Assembly: GCA_027001995.1 (NCBI GenBank)
Contig: JALTLO010000177.1
Coordinates: forward strand, 754-64,753
Length of the DNA: 64,000 nt
Direction: 5' to 3'
DNA from: Planctomycetota bacterium
GTDB lineage: Bacteria; Planctomycetota; GCA-002687715; DRQF01
A program made the translations under genes and the position numbers. Under the pieces are notes generated by a model. The model saw only the letters and a list, made by a program, of their open reading frames with translations. It was not told where the DNA came from and ran no database searches. Positions 28,900 to 39,321 of the stretch are shown one piece after another. Within the stretch, counting starts at the first letter, position 1. Each line of letters begins with the position of its first letter.

Positions 28900-30288
28900 A
28901 TGGCTCAAGTAAATCGAGAAGAACTCAAGCGGCGAGCTGAAGACGCAGGCCAGCAGCACCTCTTCGCCCTCGTCGACACCCTTGATGAGCCCGCAACCGC
29001 AAGGTTCTTCGAAGAACTGGCCTCCCTTGATTGGGACCTCATAGGACGCCTCAAAAAGCAGATGTCTCATGGAGGCGATCAAGGGGCCATGGATTTGGCT
29101 CCTGCTCCTTCGGTCCAGAAGGGGAGTGCTGAGGATGGTGCAGCTCATGCGAGGGGTGAAGAGCTGTTGAAGAAGGGGGCAGTCGCCGCCTTTATCGTTG
29201 CCGGAGGTCAGGGCTCTCGCCTTGGTTTTGATGGGCCCAAAGGCATGTATCCGGCGAGCCCAGTCCGCAAGCAGACTTTATTCCAGCTCTTTGGCGCCAA
29301 GATTGGGGCCTTGAATGATCGCTACGGCATAGAAATGCCATGGTATGTCATGACAAGTCGCAGCAACCACGAAGCGACTTTGTCTTACTTCCAAGAACAA
29401 GATTGGTTTGGCCTTGGGGAAGACAACGTCAAGCTATTTTCTCAAGATATGTTGCCGGCCATGGATCAAGAAGGTCGTCTCCTTTTGGAATCTCCAGGTA
29501 GGCTGTTCCTCAGTCCCAATGGCCACGGTGGTTCCTTGTTGGCTTTGAAAACCAGCGGTGCCTTGGAAGAGATGGCATCAAAAGGAGTGGAGCAGATCTT
29601 CTACTTCCAAGTGGACAATCCACTGGCTGTGATGGCAGATCCCATCTTCTTGGGTCACCACGATCTGCAAGAGGCTCAAATGTCGACCAAGGTTGTTGCC
29701 AAGAGAGATGCCGCAGAGAAGGTGGGTGTGGTGGGACTCATTGGCGGTAAATATGGCGTGATTGAATACTCGGATCTGAGTGATGACGAGTTGAACGCCA
29801 AGAACGATGACGGCCAATTGAAGTTCATTGATGGTAACATTGCGGTCCACATGCTCCGCCGAGATTTCGTTGAATCTCTCACAGCGCAAGGATTCGACCT
29901 GCCTTATCATGTGGCCAAAAAGAACATCCCAGACATCGATCCGGCTTCTGGCGAGAGTCGTCAAACCCCAGGGGTCAAGTTCGAAACTTTTGTCTTTGAC
30001 GCACTGGCTCATTGTGACAAGTCTGTTGTTCTTCAAGTCGATCGCGACTTTGAATTTGCGCCCATCAAGAATGCTGAAGGCAGCGATTCGCCTGAGACAT
30101 CTACGGACGCTCAGTCCAAGATGTACGCAACTTGGTTGAAGGCCTGTGGCCAGGACGTTCCTTGCGACAGCGAAGGGTGTCCTTCATGCCGCATTGAGAT
30201 TCATCCTCAATTCGCGGACAGCTTGGAAGCGCTTAAGAAGAAGAACTTAGGAGACCTGGATTTCTCTGGTGATCTTGTTCTTGAGTAG
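28900..30288 (+). CDS. UDPGP type 1 family nucleotidyltransferase (eukaryote-like UDP-N-acetylglucosamine pyrophosphorylase)
   Basis: AGGQGSRLGFDGPKG, PWYVMTS, SPNGHGG, QVDNPL, EKVGV, IEYSD, KFETFVFDAL and EFAPIKN. Confidence 0.92.
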   Translation: MAQVNREELKRRAEDAGQQHLFALVDTLDEPATARFFEELASLDWDLIGRLKKQMSHGGDQGAMDLAPAPSVQKGSAEDGAAHARGEELLKKGAVAAFIVAGGQGSRLGFDGPKGMYPASPVRKQTLFQLFGAKIGALNDRYGIEMPWYVMTSRSNHEATLSYFQEQDWFGLGEDNVKLFSQDMLPAMDQEGRLLLESPGRLFLSPNGHGGSLLALKTSGALEEMASKGVEQIFYFQVDNPLAVMADPIFLGHHDLQEAQMSTKVVAKRDAAEKVGVVGLIGGKYGVIEYSDLSDDELNAKNDDGQLKFIDGNIAVHMLRRDFVESLTAQGFDLPYHVAKKNIPDIDPASGESRQTPGVKFETFVFDALAHCDKSVVLQVDRDFEFAPIKNAEGSDSPETSTDAQSKMYATWLKACGQDVPCDSEGCPSCRIEIHPQFADSLEALKKKNLGDLDFSGDLVLE

Positions 30289-30363
30289 CCAAGATCTGTC
30301 CTTGCCATTTTCGATCGGATCGTGAGTTTGATTGAAGGTTGAACTCCTGGGGAGAACACCAGC

Positions 30364-31380
30364 ATGTTCATTGTCGTCGTCATGGGTGGTGTGTCCTCAG
30401 AACATGACATCTCTTTGGAATCTGGGCAAAGTGTCGTTTCGGCTTTGCTTGCTCGAGGGCATCAGGTTGAGCCTTTGGTCATCGAAAAAAACGGAACCTT
30501 TACTTTTCGCCACCAAACTCAGTCTCCTTTGGAAACGACTCAAGAACTGGTTCGCTCTCAGGTTGAAGCCATCTTTCTGACTCTTCATGGCGTTGGCGGA
30601 GAGGATGGATATATCCAGGCTTGGTTTGCTTGGGCTGGGATTCCCTATACCGGATCTGATTTGCCTGCCTCGGCTTTGGCAATTAACAAATGCACCTTCA
30701 AAGCCGTTCTTCTTGATCGGGGCTTGCCAACTCCTCGCCATGTGAACATTTCATCCCAAGATTGGCTTAGAGATCATGAGTCGGCGCTGAAGAATGGTGA
30801 AGAGGGGCCAGGGTATCCGGCGATACTCAAGGTGGCCAGTGCGGGTTCAAGCTATGGCGTTGTCAAAGTGGTCGATCGGGCTGAAGCCAGAAAAAAACTT
30901 GATGAGCTCTTCAGGCAGGACCGCTGGGTTATTTGGGAATCCTGCGTCAAAGGGCGAGAATTGACGGTTCCTGTTTACGCCGACCGCCAAGGTGTCCTTC
31001 AAACATTGCCTGTGGTTGAAATTGTACCTCAAATTGGCGAGTTCTTTGATCTTGCTTCCAAGTATGAAAAGGGTGGGGCCAGTGAAATTGTCCCTGCAGA
31101 TATCGATCCAGTTTTGGCCGCTCAAGTTTGCGACCTGGCCAAAAAGACTCACACTTTGGCGGGATGCCAAGGCCTGTCCCGCACGGATTTCATGGTGGGG
31201 GATGAAGGCCCCATGATCTTGGAAATCAACACAGCTCCCGGTTTGACACCGGCTTCCTTAGTCCCCAAGTCCCTGGCAGCCGCTGGGCTTGACTTCGGTG
31301 CTTTCTTCGAAGGGCTCATTGAAGAAGCAATGAGTCGTGTTTCAATTCTGGGGAACCATGGGCATGTCGCTTCCGATTGA
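30364..31380 (+). CDS. ddl: D-alanine--D-alanine ligase
   Basis: GGVSSEHDISLESG, LHGVGGEDG, IPYTGS, GSSYGV, GRELTV, SKY omega loop (Tyr), RTDF and LEINTAPGLT. Confidence 0.93.
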   Translation: MFIVVVMGGVSSEHDISLESGQSVVSALLARGHQVEPLVIEKNGTFTFRHQTQSPLETTQELVRSQVEAIFLTLHGVGGEDGYIQAWFAWAGIPYTGSDLPASALAINKCTFKAVLLDRGLPTPRHVNISSQDWLRDHESALKNGEEGPGYPAILKVASAGSSYGVVKVVDRAEARKKLDELFRQDRWVIWESCVKGRELTVPVYADRQGVLQTLPVVEIVPQIGEFFDLASKYEKGGASEIVPADIDPVLAAQVCDLAKKTHTLAGCQGLSRTDFMVGDEGPMILEINTAPGLTPASLVPKSLAAAGLDFGAFFEGLIEEAMSRVSILGNHGHVASD

Positions 31381-31999
31381 TCTTTCTGTCTTAGCGATTT
31401 CTCCTGATCGTGATACGCCACCTTTGAGTTTGGAAAGAGAACTGGAAGCTTTGATTGATGGAGGAATCACAGCATTCATGTTTCGGGAGAAGCGTCTCGA
31501 TGACCAAGCCTTTCTATTGTTGGGCAGGAGGCTTCGGCAGATCTGTGATCAACGCGGTGTTGGCTTTATTCTGAATGAAAGAACGGGGTTAGCTGAACCT
31601 ATGGGGGCTCGAGTCGTTCACTTAACTTGGAGGTCGCGTCTACCCAAGGTGACTGCGGCAAAGGACTCCATCTTGATGGGAAGAAGCGTCCACTCCCTAT
31701 CCGAAGCCATGGATGCCATGGCTTCTGGAGTGGACTACCTCGTGGCGGGGCCTGTTCTTCCAACACCGTCCAAGGAAGGCTTGGTTGAGACAATCGGGCT
31801 CGAGGGTTTAGCAACTTTATGTGCCCATGTGGATTTGCCTGTTGTGGCCGTTGGTGGGATCAAAGCTGATGCCTTGGTTTCTGCACGCGAAGCAGGGGCT
31901 GTGGGTGTCAGCGGAATCTCTTGCTTCTTTGGTGGCGATGATCCGAAATCTTCTGCTGCAGAGTTTCGACAAGTTTGGGAATCAAGCGATGAGCGTTGA
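31358..31999 (+). CDS. thiE: Thiamine-phosphate synthase (ThiE/TenI family)
   Basis: FREK, GRSVHS, DYLVAGPVLPTPSK and PVVAVGGI. Somewhat divergent, so it could be TenI-like. Confidence 0.75.
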   Translation: MGMSLPIDLSVLAISPDRDTPPLSLERELEALIDGGITAFMFREKRLDDQAFLLLGRRLRQICDQRGVGFILNERTGLAEPMGARVVHLTWRSRLPKVTAAKDSILMGRSVHSLSEAMDAMASGVDYLVAGPVLPTPSKEGLVETIGLEGLATLCAHVDLPVVAVGGIKADALVSAREAGAVGVSGISCFFGGDDPKSSAAEFRQVWESSDER

Positions 32000-32537
32000 G
32001 AGCAAAGCAAAACAAAAGACTCAGTTGTTGGTGGCCAGGATTCGCAAGGCAGTGTATTTAGGGGTTCTTCTCGGGTTGGCTTGGTTCTTTTGGCGTTACG
32101 ACTTTCAGACAATTCCCGCAGATTACAATCACTTGGCACCTCAACATATGCCAGCCGGTGCCACTGTTGTTTTGGTTGACTACAGCGAGGATGCGCCTTT
32201 GGGGGTGGGCTCTGTCCTTTTGTTTGAACCTCCCGGATACCCAGGGACCCACTCTTTCGGTGTGGTTGCAGGATTGCCCGGAGAGACCGTTTTGTTGGTG
32301 GAAGAGCGCCCAGGCGAAGGACATTTGGATGTGAACGGTCGCAAGGAAATCCTCGTTCTGCCAGCAGACCACAAGCTTTTTAGCGGGGTTATTCCCGATG
32401 ACCATTTCTTGATTCTCAATGGTGATCGCCATCTCAACTCCGGACAAGGCGCTCCAGATAGTCGGGTTTTTGGCCTGGTACCGCGAAAGAACCTCATCTC
32501 GAAGCTCATTGCATCTTTGAATCCTTTTTCTCGATAG
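31989..32537 (+). CDS. S26 signal-peptidase-like membrane protein lacking the Ser/Lys dyad
   Basis: One TM helix. VVAGLPGETV, IPDDHFLILNGD and DSRVFGLVP match S26 boxes D/E. Confidence 0.7.
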   Translation: MSVESKAKQKTQLLVARIRKAVYLGVLLGLAWFFWRYDFQTIPADYNHLAPQHMPAGATVVLVDYSEDAPLGVGSVLLFEPPGYPGTHSFGVVAGLPGETVLLVEERPGEGHLDVNGRKEILVLPADHKLFSGVIPDDHFLILNGDRHLNSGQGAPDSRVFGLVPRKNLISKLIASLNPFSR

Positions 32538-32668
32538 CAAAGCTTTCCCCCTGTTTGACGGCAACCCGGTTGAATCTACCCTTTGAGAGCCGCACTAAGA
32601 TGATCTTTTGACTGCGTCCTATTCGATTCATCCTCGACGGACCCCTTGTGAGAGACTAACCTGCCCTT

Positions 32669-33589
32669 ATGCCCAACGCTTTTCACGAACATGACTTTTT
32701 GAATTCTTTGTTGGCTTTGCCCATCGACTCACGTCTGAGCGTACCCATTGGTGATGACGCTGCATTGCTCAAAGACAAGTGTGGCGGAATCCTCCTGGCT
32801 GCGGATACGGTAGCTGAGGGTCGGCATTGCGAAAGAGGGCCAGATGCTCCCGAGATCTTGGCTCGCAAAGTTGTTCGGTCGAATCTCTCTGATTTGGCTG
32901 CCATGGGAGGTTATGGTGAATCTCTCCTACTCAACATGATTCTTCCAGAAAACGTTGGGCCTGATGTTCCTCGGAGGATTCTTCAGGTTGTGTCCGAGGA
33001 ATGCGCGCTTTTTGACGTGGCCTTGGCAGGAGGAGATACGGTCTGCGCCGGCGATCGTATCATCCTGGCAGCTAGCGTCACGGGCCGTCTTTTTTCTCAA
33101 CCCATTTGCCGCTCTGGGGCTATGCTCGGTGACTTGATTGTGGTGACCGGAGCTCTTGGAGGGTCGATCCTGGGGCACCACGGCACTTTTATCCCGAGGA
33201 TCAAAGAGGCCGAGATCCTAAGCCGATGGGGTCCGCCTTCTGCCATGGCAGACATCTCTGATGGTTTCCTGCGTGACCTCAATAACATCTTGGTGGCCAG
33301 CGGTGTTGGGGCTCTCGTGAATCAGGATCAAATCCCGATTTCAGAAGCAGCTTTGGCTCTGGCAGAAATGAACCCGAGTCGATCTCCCTTGGATCATGCC
33401 CTCCATGATGGAGAAGACTTTGAGTTGGTATTGACGATCTCGCCCCATCGTTTCGAAATTGTGCAAGAGAATTGGAAGATCGACACCAAGCTTCACGTCA
33501 CAGGTGAGGTGGTGGAGTCCGGTTTGTCGCTTTCGGTTGGGGGCGAGGTTCAATCAGTGGACCCGGGTGGTTTCGACCACGGAGTTTGA
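32669..33589 (+). CDS. thiL: Thiamine-monophosphate kinase
   Basis: IGDDAA, SNLSDLAAMGG, GGDT, RSGA..GD, DISDG..DL and GEDFELV. Confidence 0.92.
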   Translation: MPNAFHEHDFLNSLLALPIDSRLSVPIGDDAALLKDKCGGILLAADTVAEGRHCERGPDAPEILARKVVRSNLSDLAAMGGYGESLLLNMILPENVGPDVPRRILQVVSEECALFDVALAGGDTVCAGDRIILAASVTGRLFSQPICRSGAMLGDLIVVTGALGGSILGHHGTFIPRIKEAEILSRWGPPSAMADISDGFLRDLNNILVASGVGALVNQDQIPISEAALALAEMNPSRSPLDHALHDGEDFELVLTISPHRFEIVQENWKIDTKLHVTGEVVESGLSLSVGGEVQSVDPGGFDHGV

Positions 33590-36500
33590 GTGACTTTGAG
33601 GAACCACATGAGCTTTCGGCACCGCTATTCATGGGCATTTTTGATGATTTTCTTGCTGTCCTCCTTAACCTGTGGGCAAAGGAGCCCGGCCGGTCATGTG
33701 CATGGACGCGTTAAGTCGATTTTTGGTGGTGCCGGCATCGGAAATGCTCGCCTGAGCCTTCGGGTTCGTCGGGTCAATCGCGATGAAGTGGCCATGAGCG
33801 CCGGGAGCAATGAAAATGGCGCCTTTCGCATTCGGACTGGCGCTATGCTCGGGCAGCCACGACTGCGAATCAAAGCGGATGGTTTGGCGCCACGGGAGAT
33901 CGTCCTCAAGAGTTTGAAAAATGCCGAGGGATTGCTTCTCCCAGATATCATTTTAGATCCAGGTGTTCCGGTGGGGTTAGAAGTTGACGTCAATCTGGCA
34001 TCTGCCGCACCCATTTGGGTCCATGCATTTTCTCTCGAAGAGGATCAACGTCTGATTGATTTGGAAACTGAGCCTTTGTTGAAGGGCCGTTTCGGTCAAG
34101 ATGGTCGTTTGGTCTTTCCCCATATGGCACCGGGTCTCTATGGTTTTGTTGTGACGGACTACTTCGCGCGGTTTAGGCCCGAGCTTGTCGTTTGGGAAGT
34201 TGGTCTAGACCCAGTGCATCTTCCCCCTGTTCTGTTGCGGGTTGGGCATTCTCTTGGATTAACCATGCCAACGGGGGGCAATGAAGTCGTAGAGGGGCAA
34301 TTGATTGCTGGCTTTGGCAGATGGCCCAGGGAGGGAGGTGAGGAATATCGTTTTCGCACAAGACTTCTTGCTCGTGGGGATGGGAAGGGGAAGGCCAGGA
34401 TTTCCATGGAACACTTGCCCCCAAGTGTATGTCGCATTGATCTAGGGACCAAAGGCAAGGTCGCTACTTTCGAATTGTTACCTGGTAGCGGAATTCGGGA
34501 AGTCGTTTGGGAAAAAGCCTGTTCTGTTCGTGGGCAATTGTCCTCTCCTTTGGGAAGGCTCGATTGGGAATCCGCAACCTTGGTGATTGGCGGTCGACGA
34601 ACGAAGGTTGACAAGGCCGGTCGTTTCTATTGTCAAGGGATGCTCCCGGGCAGGCACAAGGTTTTCGCCCAGATCCCGGGGGCACCGTCGATTTCGAATC
34701 GCCTCGTCGTTTTGGCGTCCGGTGAGAGCCGTAGCGATTTCTTGCTGAGATTCGAATCTGGGACTCGGGTGAGCGGTGAGACGCGCAACAAGGACTTGAA
34801 GCGTCAAAGTTATGTTTGGGTGGGTTATCAATCCCCAGGAGATGACATCAGATTCCTTGGCACTTATTACCAGGGGATCAGCGATGGCCAGTCAAACTAT
34901 GAGATCCCAGGGATTTCAGCAGGCCATCATGTCTTTTACCTCCGAGCTGAAGGAAACTCTGTTTCACGATTCGATGGAATCGATTTGGAGGATGGAGTCG
35001 CTGCTGTTCAAAATCTCCGGTTGATCCGAGGCGGTTTTGGTAAGGGCGAGATCAAGTGGCCCGATGGCAGTCCCGTTGCGCGCGCTCGGGTGCAGTTGAT
35101 TGAGCAGCCTGTCCCTCTCAAGATGGTTTTGACTCGGGCATTTGCGGAGACTCCTTCGACCCACAAGGTTGTGGAAACCATGACTGATGAAAATGGCGTC
35201 TACAGCATGGAGGGCATTCGTCCCGGTTCTCATCTCTTGGTGATTCGGCCCTGGCATGGGGCTAACGAAGTCGGCGGGACGGTCTCCACGTCAGCAGGGG
35301 AGAATCGGTCGGGCTTCGATTGGCAGATGAACCCTCCGGGGCCCCTGGTTTTGGATCTCCCCATTGGCACCCCCATGCGCCTCAAATCCCAAGAGCATTC
35401 TTTCATCGAACGCTGGCTTTACCGTCGACCAGAAGATGGGCCCATAGGCGTCCATGGTTTGCCTCGGGGAACCTATGTGCTGTCTCCCTTGGCCTTGCAT
35501 GAGTCGAATTGGCCTCTTGCCAAGAAGAATTTCAACTATGTGGAGTGGCAGGGAACAAGCTTGGAATCGCTGGTGTCAACCTCTGCCATGAGGGCTATCA
35601 AAATCGGTTCTATGCCTGAGCTCCTCTTGTCAGAGATAGAGATTCGCTTGCTCATTGGAGGAGAATTTCCCCAAGATCAAGAGAGGGTTGAGTTGACGGC
35701 CTATCCTTTGGGGGCCTCTCGCCCTCTTCAGCCAGTGCGTCTTGAGTACCCGAGTCAGTTGTCTCACTTCAAAATTTCCTTGCCAAGGGGGCTGTGGCTC
35801 ATTGAGGCCAGGGCATTGAATCGGGGAAGAGGGAATTCCGGCCCGTTTTCTTTGGCAAGAGGTTTCGAATCCTCCGGCCATGAACACGGTAAAGAACCAT
35901 TGACTATCGACCTTTTCACATCTGCCACGGTTTTTGGATTCGTTGACCTCAAGAAAGGGGAAGCTGAAAGTGGAGCAGGGGTTTCGGTGTCTGCACATCA
36001 GAGACATGACCAGTTGATCTGGCCTTGGCGTCGAAGTAAGTCGATTGTGCCTTTGTCAGAGACCGGCGAATTGCGTTTTGGGAGATTCCCTCCAGGACCT
36101 TCCTCTCTGCGTGTTTTCGGTGACGCTGCCTATTTGGAGGTCCCTCTCGATTGCGAACCCTATGACCAAAAAGACATCCGTCGTCTTGTCCCCGGATTGC
36201 CGGCGGCCTTGGTCCTGGACCTAGCAGACATTGAGATTCGAGATAGCACGATTTTCGGACAAGACTCCTTTGGTCCTCTTAATGATCGAGCGTCCTTGCT
36301 CCCTGGCACCTATGGGATTCGGAGCCCCAGTCTTTGGAATGAGAAGGAAAGCACGGGGGTTTGGTCATCAACTCAGGTTGTCAATCTCGCCAGCGGAGAT
36401 GTGGCCATCGGAGAGGATACCCTTCGGAAGGGGGGACGTAGTTCCTTGCGGGGCGACCTACGGGTTGACGCCACGATCTTGTCCCATTGGCCGGTGACGC

Positions 36501-37573
36501 TTTTTCCTATTCGAAATGATGCCCATGATGTGAGTCGCCCGATTGTACGAGGTCGCAGTGATGCCGATGGCATTTTTTGGTTTAGTGGTTTGGCCTCCGG
36601 AGAATACGCCTTTCAGATGCGATATCGTGACGAGTTTGAGCGACCCTACAATCTGACGTTTCCACTCTTTCTCGATGATCGTACTTTGACCACGAAGCAA
36701 AACATTCGTCTTCGCACGCGGAGTCTGACAGTCATTGCGTTTGATCAAGGGGAAGGTGCCCCCGGTTCCCAGGCTTTGGTTCGAATCTTGAGAACAGACT
36801 TGCGAGGGCTTGGGGCCACGACAGTTTTTCGCAAGAGGATTGAGGAAGTCGCCCGAGGACTGACTGACGATACCGGCGAAGTGATCTTTCGGTCTTTGCC
36901 AATTGGAACCTATGACATTGTTGTGACTCGCCGTGGGCGCGTCGCTACAGTGACCAAAGGTGTGGACCTTTCATCAGGGAGTGGGGCCATTTTGGTCCGT
37001 GCTCCAGGGGAAAAGGGGAAAGCTCTGGGGGTCTTGCTTCAAGACGACGAAGGGAATCCCATCGAAGGCGCTACTTGTTTTTTATACTCCGCTGACGATA
37101 TGCGGGTTCATGGCGACATTCTTCTTCAATCCGATAAGCAGGGGCGTGTTCTCCTTTCTGACTTGGCTGAAGGAACTTATCGTTTCTACATGCAATCTCC
37201 TGATTTCCCCACCCAGCGCCTGGAAGACTTGATGGTGGAGAAGACGAATCCAGAATGGACAACCAGGTGGGCCCAGCCCGGGGCCGATCTGGAAGTTCTT
37301 TGCGTTGACAGTGAGGGCAAACAGGTTGAGGGAGTTCAGGTCTTTCTCGAGTCAGAAGCTGGGACTTGGGAACGTTTTGGCCCCCAATCGACTCTCTTGG
37401 ACGAAAGGAACAATGATGTAAATACCTTTGGCACCATTATGTTACGGAATATTCCCCAAGGTAAGTGTAAGTTGAGGGCTGTTCACAATAACTTTCATAC
37501 CTTCGCTGGGGATACGGAAATTCGCGCGGCTGCGACCAATAAATTCACTATGATTTTGAAAAGAAAACTTTGA
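33590..37573 (+). CDS. Large exported protein with repeated carboxypeptidase-regulatory-like (Ig/CnaB-type) domains
   Basis: Signal peptide and many T/SDxxGx(F/Y)...LxxGxY repeats (TDENGVYSMEGIRPG, SDADGIFWFSGLASGEY, TDDTGEVIFRSLPIGTY, SDKQGRVLLSDLAEGTY). Confidence 0.8.
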   Translation: MTLRNHMSFRHRYSWAFLMIFLLSSLTCGQRSPAGHVHGRVKSIFGGAGIGNARLSLRVRRVNRDEVAMSAGSNENGAFRIRTGAMLGQPRLRIKADGLAPREIVLKSLKNAEGLLLPDIILDPGVPVGLEVDVNLASAAPIWVHAFSLEEDQRLIDLETEPLLKGRFGQDGRLVFPHMAPGLYGFVVTDYFARFRPELVVWEVGLDPVHLPPVLLRVGHSLGLTMPTGGNEVVEGQLIAGFGRWPREGGEEYRFRTRLLARGDGKGKARISMEHLPPSVCRIDLGTKGKVATFELLPGSGIREVVWEKACSVRGQLSSPLGRLDWESATLVIGGRRTKVDKAGRFYCQGMLPGRHKVFAQIPGAPSISNRLVVLASGESRSDFLLRFESGTRVSGETRNKDLKRQSYVWVGYQSPGDDIRFLGTYYQGISDGQSNYEIPGISAGHHVFYLRAEGNSVSRFDGIDLEDGVAAVQNLRLIRGGFGKGEIKWPDGSPVARARVQLIEQPVPLKMVLTRAFAETPSTHKVVETMTDENGVYSMEGIRPGSHLLVIRPWHGANEVGGTVSTSAGENRSGFDWQMNPPGPLVLDLPIGTPMRLKSQEHSFIERWLYRRPEDGPIGVHGLPRGTYVLSPLALHESNWPLAKKNFNYVEWQGTSLESLVSTSAMRAIKIGSMPELLLSEIEIRLLIGGEFPQDQERVELTAYPLGASRPLQPVRLEYPSQLSHFKISLPRGLWLIEARALNRGRGNSGPFSLARGFESSGHEHGKEPLTIDLFTSATVFGFVDLKKGEAESGAGVSVSAHQRHDQLIWPWRRSKSIVPLSETGELRFGRFPPGPSSLRVFGDAAYLEVPLDCEPYDQKDIRRLVPGLPAALVLDLADIEIRDSTIFGQDSFGPLNDRASLLPGTYGIRSPSLWNEKESTGVWSSTQVVNLASGDVAIGEDTLRKGGRSSLRGDLRVDATILSHWPVTLFPIRNDAHDVSRPIVRGRSDADGIFWFSGLASGEYAFQMRYRDEFERPYNLTFPLFLDDRTLTTKQNIRLRTRSLTVIAFDQGEGAPGSQALVRILRTDLRGLGATTVFRKRIEEVARGLTDDTGEVIFRSLPIGTYDIVVTRRGRVATVTKGVDLSSGSGAILVRAPGEKGKALGVLLQDDEGNPIEGATCFLYSADDMRVHGDILLQSDKQGRVLLSDLAEGTYRFYMQSPDFPTQRLEDLMVEKTNPEWTTRWAQPGADLEVLCVDSEGKQVEGVQVFLESEAGTWERFGPQSTLLDERNNDVNTFGTIMLRNIPQGKCKLRAVHNNFHTFAGDTEIRAAATNKFTMILKRKL

Positions 37574-37613
37574 ACTTCTCGAACCTTAGCTCGAAGAGCA
37601 CGTTTCTACCTTC

Positions 37614-38216
37614 ATGAAGAACGAATCCAAAGAACAGGTGGATGAAGACGTCGCCTTGATGCTCTCTTTCAAAAGAGGCGATTACAACGCCTTTGCCATG
37701 TTGGTTGAAAGACATCAGCAAACGTTGATTCAGTTCTTCTATGCCCAGCATCCTGACCAGCAGTTGGCAGAGGATTGTGCTCAGGAGGTTTGGCGCAAAG
37801 TCTTCAAAGCTCGCAATGACTATGTGGCCCGGGCTCGATTCAGGACCTATCTATTTCGAGTTGCGCGCAACTACTGGATCGATGTCTACCGTTCCAAAGC
37901 CAAGCATATGCCTTTGGTGTCCTTGGATGCTTCATCTGCCAAACTTGATAGTGATGCTTCATTGGCAAATCTCGTTCAAGACGAGTTACCAACACCGCCA
38001 TCTCTTTTGTCCAATGAAGAGTTGAAACGAAAAATCGAGTGGGCATTGGGACGCTTGCCAGCGAACCAACGTGAAGTTTTTGTACTCGCAGAGCTTCAAG
38101 GTCTGAAGTATCAGGATATCGGCGAGACTTTGGAAATCCCTGTGGGGACGGTGAAGTCCCGTATGTTCAACGCCATGAGACGCTTGAGGGATCTCTTGAA
38201 TAAGGAGATTGATTAA
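37614..38216 (+). CDS. ECF RNA polymerase sigma-70 factor
   Basis: GDYNAFAMLVERH, AEDCAQEV, FRTYLFRVARN and LKYQDIGETLEIPVGTVKSR. Confidence 0.95.
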   Translation: MKNESKEQVDEDVALMLSFKRGDYNAFAMLVERHQQTLIQFFYAQHPDQQLAEDCAQEVWRKVFKARNDYVARARFRTYLFRVARNYWIDVYRSKAKHMPLVSLDASSAKLDSDASLANLVQDELPTPPSLLSNEELKRKIEWALGRLPANQREVFVLAELQGLKYQDIGETLEIPVGTVKSRMFNAMRRLRDLLNKEID

Positions 38217-38218
38217 CC

Positions 38219-38770
38219 ATGGGCAACGACAAGATGAACAAAGGTTTCGACGGGGAAGAACAAAACACTTCCTCTTTTGACCTTCAAGATTTCGAAGACT
38301 TACGCCATGAGCTTTCATCATGGGTGAAAGAATATCGTGAGCAAGTGCTCGAGACGATTGAGCCAAGTGCAGCGTACCGTGCTTCTATGCATAAGATGAT
38401 GATGGGGCTTGTTCGCGATGATGTTCTGAAAGCCCACAAGAAAGCCTCTTTATCGACAAAGTTCGCGGCAAGGTGCCAAAGGTGGGTAGCATGCTGGCAT
38501 GAGCTGGTTGCCTCATCTCTTCTGTTTCGCCTTGGCAGTCAGGGTGTTTTGGCCCTTGGTTTGGGCCTGATTCTCTCTATGGCTTGGATTTCAGCCATGG
38601 ACGAGAAGCCTGTTGCAGCCAAGAGTACTTTTGAAGAACAGAAGAGCATGGTTCCTGAGACAACTTGGAAATCAAGAATTCCCCATCCCGATGAATTCCG
38701 TCCAAGCGAAAGAGATCATCTTCCGGCAATTCCTTCTGGGCGTCCCGTGAAGAAAGTGAAGAAGAAGTAG
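38219..38770 (+). CDS. Single-TM protein, putative anti-sigma factor
   Basis: Starts 2 nt after the ECF gene. Helical N-domain plus one hydrophobic segment. Function inferred from position only. Confidence 0.55.
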   Translation: MGNDKMNKGFDGEEQNTSSFDLQDFEDLRHELSSWVKEYREQVLETIEPSAAYRASMHKMMMGLVRDDVLKAHKKASLSTKFAARCQRWVACWHELVASSLLFRLGSQGVLALGLGLILSMAWISAMDEKPVAAKSTFEEQKSMVPETTWKSRIPHPDEFRPSERDHLPAIPSGRPVKKVKKK

Positions 38771-39321
38771 ACTTCAATTGATCTCTTTGTCCTTCAATAC
38801 GACCGTCATGTCCTTATCCGAATATTTCTTGTCGTCGGTCAACAACGAGTCAACGTTGTTGTAACTTTGCGGTCTTAAGGGTGGCGAGCAACGGGCTATC
38901 AAGCGTCACTGATTTGCCCCAAGAAACGACTCAGGCTCGTTCCCATCAACGAAGTTCGTCATGTCCGATTCTGTCTATCTCGCTATTGTAGGTGACTCCC
39001 GCAGTGTTTTAGTGTGAAGAATCCAGAAGCAGACTGGATCTTATTGCGACAGGGTTGGCTTTCTTATTTGCTGGTGCGGGTGGTGGCACACAGAAGAAGT
39101 AAGAGGCGGCTCCCCGTTGTCGAATGCGAGCGGATATGTCTGACCTTTGGTCCATTGCATGACGAAGGCACATGCTCCGTGTCGATAAAATTAGGAGACC
39201 CGATAGGCCACTGGATCCGAACACATGAACGGGATTTGGCAGGGAATGGCGTTCATGACTACAAGTTCTTGACCCAACGGTCTTTTATCCTATGCTCAAG
39301 ATAAGATAAATAGAGAGTTTC

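Noticed and set aside
32669..33589. PurM-fold kinase considered as a possible SelD partner for the SenB-like gene
   Set aside because: It has ThiL motifs (NLSDLAAMG, GEDFEL), lacks the N-terminal C/U-x-x-K of SelD, and lies near thiE.
38771..39321. 550-nt gap containing short ORFs (39014-39304 plus, 39009-39224 minus) and a protein-like minus-strand fragment near 38780-38900
   Set aside because: No recognisable homology, RBS or RNA structure. It could be a decayed gene, but I cannot support that.
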